Source: Thermoplasmatales archaeon
Lineage (GTDB): Archaea > Thermoplasmatota > Thermoplasmata > Thermoplasmatales > Thermoplasmataceae
DNA: 24,000 bases
Reading direction: 5' to 3'
NCBI GenBank assembly: GCA_016806715.1
Contig: CP060531.1
Location: 705,966 to 729,965, forward strand
Of the stretch, positions 1 to 9,109 are shown piece after piece. The notes under the pieces were generated by a model. It made no database searches. It saw nothing but the letters and a program-made list of their open reading frames with translations, and was not told the origin of the DNA. The position numbers and the translations under genes are program-made. Positions within the stretch are counted from its first letter, which is position 1. Each line of letters starts with the position of its first letter.

Positions 1-304
1 GCAACCCCGGATTTTCCGGCGTGTTTATGCAGAAATACTGTGTCGTAACCGCAAACTTGTCCTTGGTCCCGGCGTAAGTGATTCTCTTCCTGCTTATTCT
101 GAGGTGCCTTGCCAGAGTTATGAGAAATTTATTGGTGTCCCACTCCCTGAGCCGCACCTTAAGTATCAGGTATTTTCCACCGTCGGTCCTGGCCAGCGGA
201 GCCGGTATTTCCTCAACAATAAAATCCTCTGGAGTCCCCTTTATCTTTCCTCCCATGCCGGGAAGCGCGGAAAGAAAGCAGCCTATCCCATACTTCTCGT
301 CCAT
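1..304 (-). CDS. truD: tRNA pseudouridine synthase TruD/Pus7 family, N-terminal part. The gene runs off the left edge.
   Basis: My own minus-strand translation from ATG 304..302 gives MDEKYGIGCFLSALPGMGGKIKGTPEDFIVEEIPAP...YAGTKDKFAVTTQYF. PEDFxVxE and the GxKDxxAxTxQ catalytic-Asp motif are TruD hallmarks. The ORF is absent from the supplied track because it lacks an in-window stop. It starts 6 nt downstream of the stop of the preceding minus-strand gene. Confidence 0.8.
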   Translation of the reverse strand, partial: MDEKYGIGCFLSALPGMGGKIKGTPEDFIVEEIPAPLARTDGGKYLILKVRLREWDTNKFLITLARHLRISRKRITYAGTKDKFAVTTQYFCINTPENPGL

Positions 305-310
305 CGATCT

Positions 311-1417
311 TCAGCCGGTTGTATTTACTGGCCTGTAGAGGTTGTCACGCTCCACGGGTATCATACCCAACTGCTTTATGCTGTTTATGATTGCCTCTTT
401 TCTGAGGTTCCCGACCATTTTTCCCGTAGCTGGTATAACCTTCTCGTCATAAATGGTACCACCCCAGTCATTTGCGCCAAACAGGATAGCCATCTGTCCC
501 ATCTGAATCCCGTTGGTGAGCCATGAACTCTGTATAACCGGAAGTTCCCTGTTGAATACAATTCTTGAAATTGCTATATTCCTGAGCACGTCCATGCCGC
601 CAGTCCTGTACCTGATTCCGGCTGTTTGCTGCAATTTCGTGTTTCCAGGTTCAAAATTCCATGGGGTAAAGGACATGAAGCCGTGGTACTTCTTTTGAAG
701 TTCCAGGATGGAAAGGAGGTGTTCTGCCTTGTGCCTGCTCTCCTCGACGTGCCCGAACATCATTGTTGATGAAGTCTTTATGCCCAGCTTGTGTGCTTCT
801 TCCATTACTGAAAGCCACTGTTTTCCGCTCCCTGAAGGCCTTCCAAGGATCTTGCGCACCTCATCCGAGAATATCTCTGCCCCGGCGCCAGGGATTGTCT
901 CCAGTCCACTCCTGACAAGAATCTCCAGCAAATCCCCTACACTCATTCTTGACTTTCTTGAGATAAATGAAATTTCCGAAGTGGACAAACCATGGATGCC
1001 AAGCTTCGGGTATGTCCTGTGTATAAGACTGAACATGTCAGTATAATAATCGAGGTCCAGGTCGGGGTTCACGCCCCCCTGTATCAGGAGCTGTGTTATG
1101 CCAAGCTTCTCGTAGAACGGCCGTATCCGGTCCACCACCTGTTCCTTTGTCAGCAGGTAGGAGTCGTCCTCCTTCCCGGTCCTGTAAAAAGCGCAGAAGT
1201 TACACCTCACATTGCAGATGTTGGTGTAGTTGAGTATCATGTTTGAAACAAAAGACACCTTTTTACCGCTGATTTCAGCGGTTATGTTTGCTGCAAGCTT
1301 TCCGAGCATGTTCAGGTCAGCTTCATCATACATGAAAATTATGTCTTCCCTGTCCAGCTCTTCGCCTTTTTTCACCTTGTTGCCAATGTAGTCAAGCGAC
1401 TGCGACGAAGCGATCAT
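311..1417 (-). CDS. Radical SAM enzyme of the futalosine (mqn) menaquinone pathway, MqnE/MqnC family (aminofutalosine synthase or cyclic dehypoxanthinyl-futalosine synthase).
   Basis: 368-aa ORF with an NYTNICNVRCNFCAFY CxxxCxxC cluster, a GG..PDL motif and an overall CofH/MqnC/MqnE-like layout. It is divergent from a paralog and next to an mqnA-like gene. Confidence 0.8.
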   Translation of the reverse strand: MIASSQSLDYIGNKVKKGEELDREDIIFMYDEADLNMLGKLAANITAEISGKKVSFVSNMILNYTNICNVRCNFCAFYRTGKEDDSYLLTKEQVVDRIRPFYEKLGITQLLIQGGVNPDLDLDYYTDMFSLIHRTYPKLGIHGLSTSEISFISRKSRMSVGDLLEILVRSGLETIPGAGAEIFSDEVRKILGRPSGSGKQWLSVMEEAHKLGIKTSSTMMFGHVEESRHKAEHLLSILELQKKYHGFMSFTPWNFEPGNTKLQQTAGIRYRTGGMDVLRNIAISRIVFNRELPVIQSSWLTNGIQMGQMAILFGANDWGGTIYDEKVIPATGKMVGNLRKEAIINSIKQLGMIPVERDNLYRPVNTTG

Positions 1418-1537
1418 GATCCTTTAGCTTAAATCGATTATTAACTGTTTCCACGTTCCGTCTTTACCGGAGCACAAGCCCTGTAACCGAAACAATAAAA
1501 TGCAAATGGTTATTAGTTCAATTCCACTTTTGGAGCC

Positions 1538-2653
1538 ATGGAGCAGATCCAGTCATATCGCTATAAATACTGGGAAGAACGCCTCCGCGATGATCCTCTG
1601 ATCTCAGCCGGGGATGCGAAGTCACTTGTATCAGACCTTTCGCTTTACGATATGATGGCACTGGCCAATGCGCTCACATCCGTACAGGTTGGTGACGTTG
1701 TCTCATATGCAATCTCCTATAACATCAACTACTCAAATTACTGTGCCGCTTCCTGCCCTATCTGCGCCTTTTACGTGCCAATGAAAATTAAGGGGAAAAC
1801 TGACAAGGGGTATGAACTGAGCCTTGAGGACATAAGGAAGGAGATGCAGAAAGCTAAAGCCATAGGCGCCACTGAGATACATATCGTAGGTGGATTCAAC
1901 CCTGACCTTCCGGTAGAGTACTATGAAGATATCTTCCGGCTTGTGAAAACCGAAATGCCTGGAGTTACCCTGAAGGCGTTGACCATACCTGAAATAGATT
2001 TTATAGCGAGGACTCACGGCCTATCGATCAAGGAATTTGTGTCAAGGCTCCGCGATGCAGGCATGGACGCACACACCGGAGGAGGAGCAGAAATTTTCGA
2101 CCCTGAAGTCAGGAAAATAATAACAACAAAGGAGAAGATTTCAGGGGAAAAATGGCTTGAAGATGCAAAGATCATTCACAAAATGGGTATAAGGGGGAAT
2201 TCCACGATGACTTATGGCCATGTGGAAAACTTCGACCAGATAATAGACCACATAGTAAAGTTGCGGGATAACCAGATCCAGGTTCCCGGATTCCTCTCAT
2301 TCATACCTCTAAAGTTCAGTATTGAGAACACACCGCTGCTCAGGATGGGAAAGGTGACTATGCCAGCTTCCGGAGAGACTGACCTTAAGGTGATTGCAAT
2401 GGCCAGGATAATCGCAGGCGCTTACATAAAGAACATCAGCGTATACTGGGTAGCCGTCGGGAAGGAAATTGCACAGATAGCGCTTAATGGAGGGGGAAGC
2501 GACCTGGTCGGCACGGCGTTCAGCGAAAAGATATTCGGCGCCACGGATCGGCGCGACGTCACTACGTCTGAAGAGCTTGATCACCTCATAAGGGAGGCTG
2601 GCAAAATCCCGGCTCAGAGAGACACATTCTACAACATCCTGCGGTACCCATGA
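1538..2653 (+). CDS. Second radical SAM enzyme of the MqnC/MqnE family. I cannot tell by eye which paralog is MqnC and which is MqnE.
   Basis: 371-aa ORF with NYSNYCAASCPICAFY (CxxxCxxC), IVGGFNPDLP and GGGAEIF motifs, colinear with the 311..1417 paralog. Confidence 0.8.
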   Translation: MEQIQSYRYKYWEERLRDDPLISAGDAKSLVSDLSLYDMMALANALTSVQVGDVVSYAISYNINYSNYCAASCPICAFYVPMKIKGKTDKGYELSLEDIRKEMQKAKAIGATEIHIVGGFNPDLPVEYYEDIFRLVKTEMPGVTLKALTIPEIDFIARTHGLSIKEFVSRLRDAGMDAHTGGGAEIFDPEVRKIITTKEKISGEKWLEDAKIIHKMGIRGNSTMTYGHVENFDQIIDHIVKLRDNQIQVPGFLSFIPLKFSIENTPLLRMGKVTMPASGETDLKVIAMARIIAGAYIKNISVYWVAVGKEIAQIALNGGGSDLVGTAFSEKIFGATDRRDVTTSEELDHLIREAGKIPAQRDTFYNILRYP

Positions 2654-2681
2654 CAGGGATTGGGAATAGATCGGATTTTAA

Positions 2682-3422
2682 GTGGTTTCATTGATCGGAC
2701 TTATCAACTTCAGCCACACAGAACCTCTTGCCATGGCCATGGATGACAGAACTTATATCAGGGAACACCCGCGTGACCTGCTTGCCCATGTCCTTGATGG
2801 CAACCTGGAATGTGCCATGATCTCGCTGGTGTCATACCTGGAGAATCGCGACAGGCTTGCCATTATGGAGACGGCAAATATCCACTCGAGGAGGGGAACG
2901 CTATCCACGCTGCTTGTGTCAAAGGGAAAAGGGATTGAGAAGGACATGAACATAGCCATAACCGCGCATACACACACAACATCGTTTTATCTTGAAAGGA
3001 TACTCTCTGCCATGGGCATAACGCATAGAAGCATTACCAGGCAGGGCACCCTTGCAGCTGACCTTCTGTCTGATTCTGATTATGCACTTGTAATAGGGGA
3101 TGAGGCATTGGAGGTGTTCAATGGCGGTTACAGGATACTTATGGACATAGGATATGAATTTTCAAGAATCTTCTTAATGCCGCCGTTGTATGCGGTCACG
3201 GTCTACAGGAAGGACCATGCATACCCCCGGGAGGATCATGATCTCCTTCAGGATGGAGTGGCACAGTCACATCTGTTCAGGGCAAAGGCCGTAGAGAAGA
3301 TGTCCACGACTCTCCACATACCGAGGAGCGTGATGGATTCATATTACAGGTGCATAGAGTATGATTTCAATCCTCTGGTAAGAGGCACTGCAGACTTTGT
3401 CCAAAGAGAGCTTGTATCGTAA
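2682..3422 (+). CDS. mqnA: MqnA-like chorismate dehydratase (menaquinone biosynthesis MqnA/MqnD family).
   Basis: 246-aa ORF with a GTG start. The N-terminus VSLIGLINFSHTEPL resembles the MqnA iGxIxYlNxxPL signature. It lies directly downstream of the mqn radical SAM gene. Confidence 0.6.
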   Translation: MVSLIGLINFSHTEPLAMAMDDRTYIREHPRDLLAHVLDGNLECAMISLVSYLENRDRLAIMETANIHSRRGTLSTLLVSKGKGIEKDMNIAITAHTHTTSFYLERILSAMGITHRSITRQGTLAADLLSDSDYALVIGDEALEVFNGGYRILMDIGYEFSRIFLMPPLYAVTVYRKDHAYPREDHDLLQDGVAQSHLFRAKAVEKMSTTLHIPRSVMDSYYRCIEYDFNPLVRGTADFVQRELVS

Positions 3423-3463
3423 CTTTGCGTCACTTTTATTTATCAATTTTACCTTAGGGTAAC

Positions 3464-4921
3464 ATGTTTGAGGATAAGTTCCAGAAAGTGAAGGATGGTT
3501 TCACTTTCGACGATGTGCTTCTGTTACCATTCAAGGCATATGTGGAGCCGAGAGACGTTGACGTTTCATCCAGGCTGAGCAGGCACATAAAGCTCAGAGT
3601 CCCCATATTGAGTTCACCAATGGACACAGTTACTGAGGCAGAGATGGCAATAGCCATGGCAAGATACGGCGGGATTGGCGTCATCCACCGGAATATGTCA
3701 ACCAATGAACAGATTCTACTGGTAAGGCAGGTCAAGAGGGAGGAATCCATAATAATAAGGGATGTTCACACCGTTGATCCCGATACACCACTCGAAGTGG
3801 TAAGGAGCATAATGAAGAACAAGCACATCGGCGGTCTCCCGGTTGTAAGCGGAGAGAAACTGGTCGGAATTGTAACCAAGAGGGATATTGAATTTGCAGA
3901 CAAACAGAAGAAGACTGTTTCTGATATAATGGTAAGCAAGGTGATATCAGCCGGAGACGACATCACCATAGAACAGGCAACAGAAATACTTTTCAAGAAC
4001 AGGATAGAGAAACTTCCTCTTGTTGACAAGAAAGGCAGGCTTGTTGGCCTCATCACTGCGAAGGACATTTTCACGAGGGAAAAATATCCCGATGCCACAA
4101 GGGACGAAGAGGGAAAGCTCATGGTATCAGCAGCCGTGGGCCCCTTTGACATAGACAGGGCGGTGAACCTTGAGAAGGAGGGTGCGGACATGATCGTGGT
4201 CGATACTGCGCATGCCCACAACCAGAACGTTATGGAAAGCGTAAGGAAAATGAGGAAGAGCATCGGGGTGGATCTTGTCGTTGGGAACATTGCGACAAAA
4301 ACAGCCGCGGAAGACCTTATTTCACTTGATATTGACGGACTCCGCGTCGGGATAGGGCCGGGATCCATCTGCACAACCAGGATCATAGCCGGGATCGGCG
4401 TCCCGCAGCTGACTGCTGTTTCAGAGGTTGCTGAATATGCCGACAAGCAGGGTATACCTGTCATCTCGGACGGAGGGATCAGGTATTCAGGAGACATAGT
4501 GAAGGCATTTGCGGCAGGCGCCAACTCAGTGATGCTTGGATCACTATTTGCCGGGACAGACGAAAGCCCTGGAGCTGAGATGATAATAAACGGAAGGAAG
4601 TACAAGTCATACAGGGGGATGGGCTCAATCGGTGCCATACAGAAAGGGGCATCTGACAGGTATGGCAAGCTGGGCCAGAACAAATTTGTCGCTGAGGGCG
4701 TGGAAGGAGCCGTTCCTTACCGCGGAAAGGTGCATGAGGTTCTTTTCCAGCTGGTTGGAGGGCTGAAGTCCGGCATGGGCTACTCAGGAGCCAAAGATAT
4801 AGAGGAACTCAGGAAGAATTCAAGGTTCGTGAGGATCACCACCAATGGTCTCAGGGAAAGCCACCCGCATGACATCAGGGTACTCACGGAACCGCCAAAC
4901 TACCAGAATTATGAACTGTAG
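3464..4921 (+). CDS. guaB: Inosine-5'-monophosphate dehydrogenase with a tandem CBS insert.
   Basis: 485 aa with FDDVLLLP, SSPMDTVTE, GIGPGSICTTR (catalytic Cys loop), GGIRYSGDIVKA and YRGMGS motifs. Confidence 0.95.
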   Translation: MFEDKFQKVKDGFTFDDVLLLPFKAYVEPRDVDVSSRLSRHIKLRVPILSSPMDTVTEAEMAIAMARYGGIGVIHRNMSTNEQILLVRQVKREESIIIRDVHTVDPDTPLEVVRSIMKNKHIGGLPVVSGEKLVGIVTKRDIEFADKQKKTVSDIMVSKVISAGDDITIEQATEILFKNRIEKLPLVDKKGRLVGLITAKDIFTREKYPDATRDEEGKLMVSAAVGPFDIDRAVNLEKEGADMIVVDTAHAHNQNVMESVRKMRKSIGVDLVVGNIATKTAAEDLISLDIDGLRVGIGPGSICTTRIIAGIGVPQLTAVSEVAEYADKQGIPVISDGGIRYSGDIVKAFAAGANSVMLGSLFAGTDESPGAEMIINGRKYKSYRGMGSIGAIQKGASDRYGKLGQNKFVAEGVEGAVPYRGKVHEVLFQLVGGLKSGMGYSGAKDIEELRKNSRFVRITTNGLRESHPHDIRVLTEPPNYQNYEL

Positions 4922-4975
4922 ATCCGGGACCTGCCTTTTTGCCGCTAAATGGCACAATCCAGAGGCTAAGGAAGG

Positions 4976-5593
4976 TCACTGGATTATCTTCACATCATAG
5001 TTCCTTACTATGTCGTCAAGCGTATCTATTTCAACGTCCCTTGCCAGCCTGGATATGGTATCGAAGTTTTCCCTGAACTTTACACTTCTCTTCGGGTTCC
5101 TGAGTATGGCTGCAGGATGGAACTGCGGGATCACGAATGTTTTCCTGCAATAGTATATGGTGCCTGAAATCTCGGTGACCTTTCCGAAATTATTGTTCAG
5201 GATTTCTCCCAGCGCCTTAATCGCAGAGTTTCCCATGGGCACAACAAGCCTGGGCCTTATTGCATCCATCTCCTCTCTCAGGTACGGAGAGCATGCCCTT
5301 ATCTCTGAGTTCCGGGGGGTTTCACCAACCTTCGGCCTGCATCTGACCGAATTTGTGAGATAAACCTTGATCTTCGGTATCATGGCTGACTCCAGGGTCG
5401 CATCCAGCAGCTTGCCACTCCTTCCTACAAAGGGTTTTCCGGCTTCGTCTTCCTTGGCACCCGGAGCCTCTCCTATGATCATTATTGTGGACTGGGACCC
5501 TCCGAATCCACATACCGGCTTCTTGCGTGAAAACTGCAGATCACATTTCTTGCAGTTCCTGATCTCGTTGCAGAGATCCGGTAGACTTTTCAT
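4976..5593 (-). CDS. udg: Uracil-DNA glycosylase, family 4 (Fe-S type).
   Basis: 205 aa with CKKCDL, the GEAPGAKEDEAGKPFVGRSGKLL motif and further conserved Cys residues and an HP(A/S) motif. Confidence 0.85.
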   Translation of the reverse strand: MKSLPDLCNEIRNCKKCDLQFSRKKPVCGFGGSQSTIMIIGEAPGAKEDEAGKPFVGRSGKLLDATLESAMIPKIKVYLTNSVRCRPKVGETPRNSEIRACSPYLREEMDAIRPRLVVPMGNSAIKALGEILNNNFGKVTEISGTIYYCRKTFVIPQFHPAAILRNPKRSVKFRENFDTISRLARDVEIDTLDDIVRNYDVKIIQ

Positions 5594-5615
5594 TGATGGA
5601 AATAATCCAAGGATA

Positions 5616-6509
5616 TTATAGACTTATTGATTGCGGCTCATTCCCCATGTTTCTCTGGCTTCTGGATGTCAGGTATATTCCAACTGCAACCAGCGCGAAT
5701 CCTCCGTAGGTGAAAATAGTATTTGTCTGCCCGAGGATCAGGAAGCTGAACAGTATGGATAGGGCAGGAACCAGGAAAAAATATGAAGATATGGCTGGGA
5801 CAGAATACTCCCGGTAAAGCTTAAGGTAGATAAAATAAGCCACTGCGGTGCCAAGCACCCCGATGTACAGGCTGATCAGCAGGAACTGCCATGTTATCCC
5901 CGAAAGGCTGAAACTTTCAGTCGCAAAAGCCCACACAGTTATGAATGGCAGCGCGTAAATATACTGTATGGCATTAACGGTTGCAGGGTGTGTCGTGTGT
6001 ATGTATTTCTTATAGAATATTGTTCCACCTGCCCAGCTAAGAGCGGATAGCAGCAGGAGTATGAGGCCTATTCCCGGGCTTATGGACAGTTGATCCACAA
6101 ATATCAGGACAATACCCGCGAAGCCAAGAACTGAACCTGCTACTGTAAGGGGCCCGATCCTGTCTGCAAGGAAAATTGAGGAGAATATTATGGAGAATAT
6201 GGGGTATGTGTAAACAAGGATGGACGAAATTGAGGCACTCTCCGTGCCCTCCCCTATGAACCAGAGTCCCATGAACAGGGTTATGTTAAGTGCAGAGAGT
6301 ATGACCATCTTCAGGTTTGTAACAAGATCCCTGGGAAATTTCAACCCGCCCTTGATCAGGAAGAGCGAGAATATGGCAGCAAACATGACCCTGAACAGCA
6401 GGAGCATTAGCGGAGGCTCGTACAGGAGGGCAAATTTTACCATTATGTAGTTCAATCCCCAGAATGACGACATTGCCATGAATCCCGCAACATCTATTGA
6501 CTTAGGCAC
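5616..6509 (-). CDS. EamA/DMT-superfamily transporter.
   Basis: 297 aa with about 10 predicted TM helices and a duplicated EamA-like architecture. Confidence 0.8.
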   Translation of the reverse strand: MPKSIDVAGFMAMSSFWGLNYIMVKFALLYEPPLMLLLFRVMFAAIFSLFLIKGGLKFPRDLVTNLKMVILSALNITLFMGLWFIGEGTESASISSILVYTYPIFSIIFSSIFLADRIGPLTVAGSVLGFAGIVLIFVDQLSISPGIGLILLLLSALSWAGGTIFYKKYIHTTHPATVNAIQYIYALPFITVWAFATESFSLSGITWQFLLISLYIGVLGTAVAYFIYLKLYREYSVPAISSYFFLVPALSILFSFLILGQTNTIFTYGGFALVAVGIYLTSRSQRNMGNEPQSISL

Positions 6510-6868
6510 CGCTACTGATTTAAGCAGGATATATCATAATTATGTTTGTGAGTGCAGAAGCCTATTGTAAACTCGGCTGCCTGAGATTGCCCGTAACCGT
6601 ACTTTTTGCTGGGGAAAAAATTGAAGCAGAAATCCATCTCTTCCTCGAAGATCGTGGCTGCAGTAAGAGATTTAACATTCACTACCTTCTATATTTATGA
6701 TGACAATTTTAGCATCCGTGACCTGTATTCCGGCACAGCCACGCAGAGCTGGCCGTGGAACCATCTCGTGAGCACCACTGCCAATATTCCTCCGGGTTAT
6801 TAAGGCAAGATAGCTCCATGCGAATCAACAGAGTTTTAAATCCCACGGCATTAATGGATTGATCAAAA

Positions 6869-8272
6869 TTGCTATTCCAGGACAAGGTCTCGATTCTTGA
6901 GTATTTTAACAAGCATGGGCTTCTGGTTTCACCACAGGCCCTGGAAATAATACTCAGCAGGAGCCTTGGAGACATGATACCCAGGCTGGTATCTGAAGAC
7001 GTGGTCAGCACTGGCTACGTCGATGAGAAAACGGTCAAGAGCATACTTATCGGAAAGACCAAGACTTCCCCGGAGGATTTTGAGGTTTACATCCCGGACA
7101 TCAAGGTAAGGAGCTCCGTAGATGATTTCCGGAATCACTTCGTAAGCAAGTACACCAAACTCAAGAAGATCATAGCCACATCCAGCTCTATGCGTGGAAG
7201 CACTGACATCCGGAGCGTGAAGAAGACCGCAGGGGAGGTGAAGTTCGTCGGGATGGTTTCCACGGTTGAAAAAACGAAGAACGGACACAAGAGGATAGTA
7301 GTCGAGGATCTTGAGGACAGCGTCAGTGTGATCCTTATGAAAAGCAAGAACATGGCTGATGAGCTCATACTGCAGGATGAAGTAATAGGCATTGTGGGCA
7401 ATACATCAAACGGCCAGGGGGAGACAGTGATTTTTGCTAACGAGATCATCCGGCCGGACATACCGTTCAGGATGATTGATGAAACCCGGAGAGAACCGGT
7501 ATTCCTGGCCTCGCTGTCAGACATACATGTGGGCAGCAAGACGTTCAGGAAAGACGATTTCATGCATATGATATCATGGATCAAGAGCTCGGATGAAGAA
7601 GCACAGAACCTCAAGTACCTGATCCTGAGCGGTGACGTGGTTGACGGTATAGGCGTATACCCTTCCCAGGAGGAAGACCTGGAAATAATGAATCCATTTG
7701 AGCAGTATGCTAAACTCGGGGAATATCTGTCTCAAATTCCTGAGGACATAAGGGTGTATGTAATGCCGGGAAATCATGATAGCGTTAGACTGGCCGAGCC
7801 ACAGCCGGTATTTTCTCAGAAGATCGCACAATCACTGGGAAGGAATGTTACACTTATTCCAAACCCGTACACCCTGCACCTCGAAGGAAGGAACGTCCTG
7901 GTATACCACGGGATGTCCCTGAACGACATGGTTGAGCTGGTTCCCGGTGCAAATTTTGAGACCATAGGCAAGGCGATTGAGGAGATACTCAAGAGGAGGC
8001 ACCTTGCACCGAGATATGGAGGAAAAACACCGCTGATACCGAGCCCGGTCGACTACCACGTAATTGAGGAAGTGCCTGACATTTTCATAACCGGCCATGT
8101 GCATTCCCATGCACTGGGAAACTACCGCGGCGTCAGGTACGTGAATTCATCCACATGGCAATCACAGACAGAATACCAGAGGATGATGAACTTCAGCCCC
8201 AATCCTTCCAGACTGACGATGTTCGACCTGAACTCGAAGACCACAATAGTGAAGAAATTCGGAGTGGACTAG
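6869..8272 (+). CDS. polB: DNA polymerase II (PolD) small subunit DP1.
   Basis: 467 aa with a TTG start. It has calcineurin-like phosphoesterase motifs (LSDIHVGS, SGDVVDG, GNHD, GHVH) after an OB-fold region and a typical DP1 N-terminus (GLLVSPQALEIIL). Confidence 0.9.
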   Translation: MLFQDKVSILEYFNKHGLLVSPQALEIILSRSLGDMIPRLVSEDVVSTGYVDEKTVKSILIGKTKTSPEDFEVYIPDIKVRSSVDDFRNHFVSKYTKLKKIIATSSSMRGSTDIRSVKKTAGEVKFVGMVSTVEKTKNGHKRIVVEDLEDSVSVILMKSKNMADELILQDEVIGIVGNTSNGQGETVIFANEIIRPDIPFRMIDETRREPVFLASLSDIHVGSKTFRKDDFMHMISWIKSSDEEAQNLKYLILSGDVVDGIGVYPSQEEDLEIMNPFEQYAKLGEYLSQIPEDIRVYVMPGNHDSVRLAEPQPVFSQKIAQSLGRNVTLIPNPYTLHLEGRNVLVYHGMSLNDMVELVPGANFETIGKAIEEILKRRHLAPRYGGKTPLIPSPVDYHVIEEVPDIFITGHVHSHALGNYRGVRYVNSSTWQSQTEYQRMMNFSPNPSRLTMFDLNSKTTIVKKFGVD

Positions 8273-8370
8273 TACTTAACCACCCCACCTACGCCCGTAT
8301 GACCCAAGATTTGGAAGTTCGCATTTTTGGCAGCCAAGCGACTGGGCTATAAACACAATCAGGTGCTGGA

Positions 8371-8712
8371 TCAGAGTGTTCTTTTTATAATCTCTTCAAT
8401 TTCACTTTGGAAAGAGCTGAGGAAATCGGTCATTGCCTCGTCTTTTATTGACTTCGGGGCAGTTGCAACTCCGATCTTTGCTGTGACCTTTGCCATTTTT
8501 GCCATGGAGTCGTACTCCTTGAGCCTGGCTTCCATGTATTCTTTCAGCACTTCCATTATTTCCAGCCTCAGGCCCTCGCTCTCATTGATCTTCTTCTTGA
8601 TGTATTCCTTGATAATGTCTTTCATTATTTCACGTATTGCCTCGAAGTAAAGCTCTTCGGATGGCATTGTGCTCATGAAACGCTTTATGTACAAGTCCAG
8701 ATTTTCCTTCAC
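8371..8712 (-). CDS. Hypothetical helical, Lys/Glu-rich protein.
   Basis: 113-aa ORF with natural-looking helical composition. The overlapping plus-strand ORF 8327..8650 is Ser/Ile-rich and looks like an antisense artefact. Confidence 0.5.
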   Translation of the reverse strand: MKENLDLYIKRFMSTMPSEELYFEAIREIMKDIIKEYIKKKINESEGLRLEIMEVLKEYMEARLKEYDSMAKMAKVTAKIGVATAPKSIKDEAMTDFLSSFQSEIEEIIKRTL

Positions 8713-8824
8713 GACACATTTAGATAGATATGGTAAATAAACTTTGGCTGGAAATTGAAAAAATAGTTATAAATAATCATAGGCAATATGGAGACACGCT
8801 TTATCTCGAATAAAGCATGCCATG

Positions 8825-8832
8825 TATAAAAT
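8825..8832 (+). promoter_or_regulatory. Candidate archaeal TATA box for the rpl41e-tRNA-Trp unit.
   Basis: TATAAAAT ends 26 nt upstream of ATG 8858. That spacing would give a leaderless or near-leaderless transcript. Confidence 0.35.
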
Positions 8833-8857
8833 TCAAGTGATATAAACTTGGGGTGAA

Positions 8858-8968
8858 ATGTTGAAGAGAAGTTCAAGGGACTGGAAGAAACGCGGCAATA
8901 TGCGCTGGAAATGGCGCAAGAAAAGAATTAGAAGATTAAAGAGAGCAAGAAAAGCAAACAAGATGTAA
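8858..8968 (+). CDS. rpl41e: 50S ribosomal protein L41e (36 aa).
   Basis: Hand translation gives [36 protein letters not shown]. The MRWKWxKKRxRRLKR core is the L41e signature. The ORF is below the length cutoff of the ORF track. Confidence 0.75.
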   Translation: MLKRSSRDWKKRGNMRWKWRKKRIRRLKRARKANKM

Positions 8969-9109
8969 GGGCGCATGGGGTAGTCAGGTATCCTAACGGG
9001 CTCCAGTCAGGGTGTGATTAGCTATGGGTCAACTGATCTTATGATGAGTGACTGGAACTATGAACCGGGAAGAGACCCGTAGATCTGGGTTCAAATCCCA
9101 GTGCGCCCA
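8969..9109 (+). tRNA. tRNA-Trp (anticodon CCA) with a 68-nt intron at the canonical 37/38 position. CCA is not encoded.
   Basis: Acceptor stem GGGCGCA/TGCGCCC with discriminator A. Anticodon stem ACGGG(8996-9000)/CCCGT(9076-9080). Anticodon loop CUCCAG|A with CCA at 9003-9005. T-arm CTGGG-TTCAAAT-CCCAG. Exons 8969-9006 and 9075-9109 give a 73-nt mature tRNA. Confidence 0.9.
9007..9074 (+). ncRNA. tRNA-Trp intron encoding a box C/D guide RNA with two 12-nt guides.
   Basis: Box C is GTGATTA at 9014-9020 (one mismatch to RUGAUGA). The D' guide is 9021-9032 and box D' is CTGA at 9033-9036. Box C' is ATGATGA at 9041-9047. The D guide is 9048-9059 and box D is ATGA at 9060-9063 (variant of CUGA). 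A terminal stem pairs GGT 9011-9013 with ACC 9064-9066. Confidence 0.7.

Noticed and set aside
3766-4683. A 305-aa minus-strand ORF. Similar long antisense ORFs are 7135..7614, 21160..21792, 22858..23256, 104..526 and 8327..8650.
   Set aside because: Each lies entirely antisense to a gene with strong family motifs (guaB, polD small subunit, membrane proteins, MFS, mqn). Each has low-complexity Ser/Pro/Ile-rich composition typical of shadow ORFs.
6510-6868. A 359-bp gap upstream of the PolD small subunit, considered as a replication origin (ORB repeats) or a box C/D sRNA (ATGATGA at 6697-6703). The gap also contains track ORF 6606..6803.
   Set aside because: There are no repeated ORB or mini-ORB-like elements and no cdc6 gene. 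No box D (CUGA) sits at a suitable distance from the C-like box. The 65-aa ORF has a TTG start and unconvincing composition.
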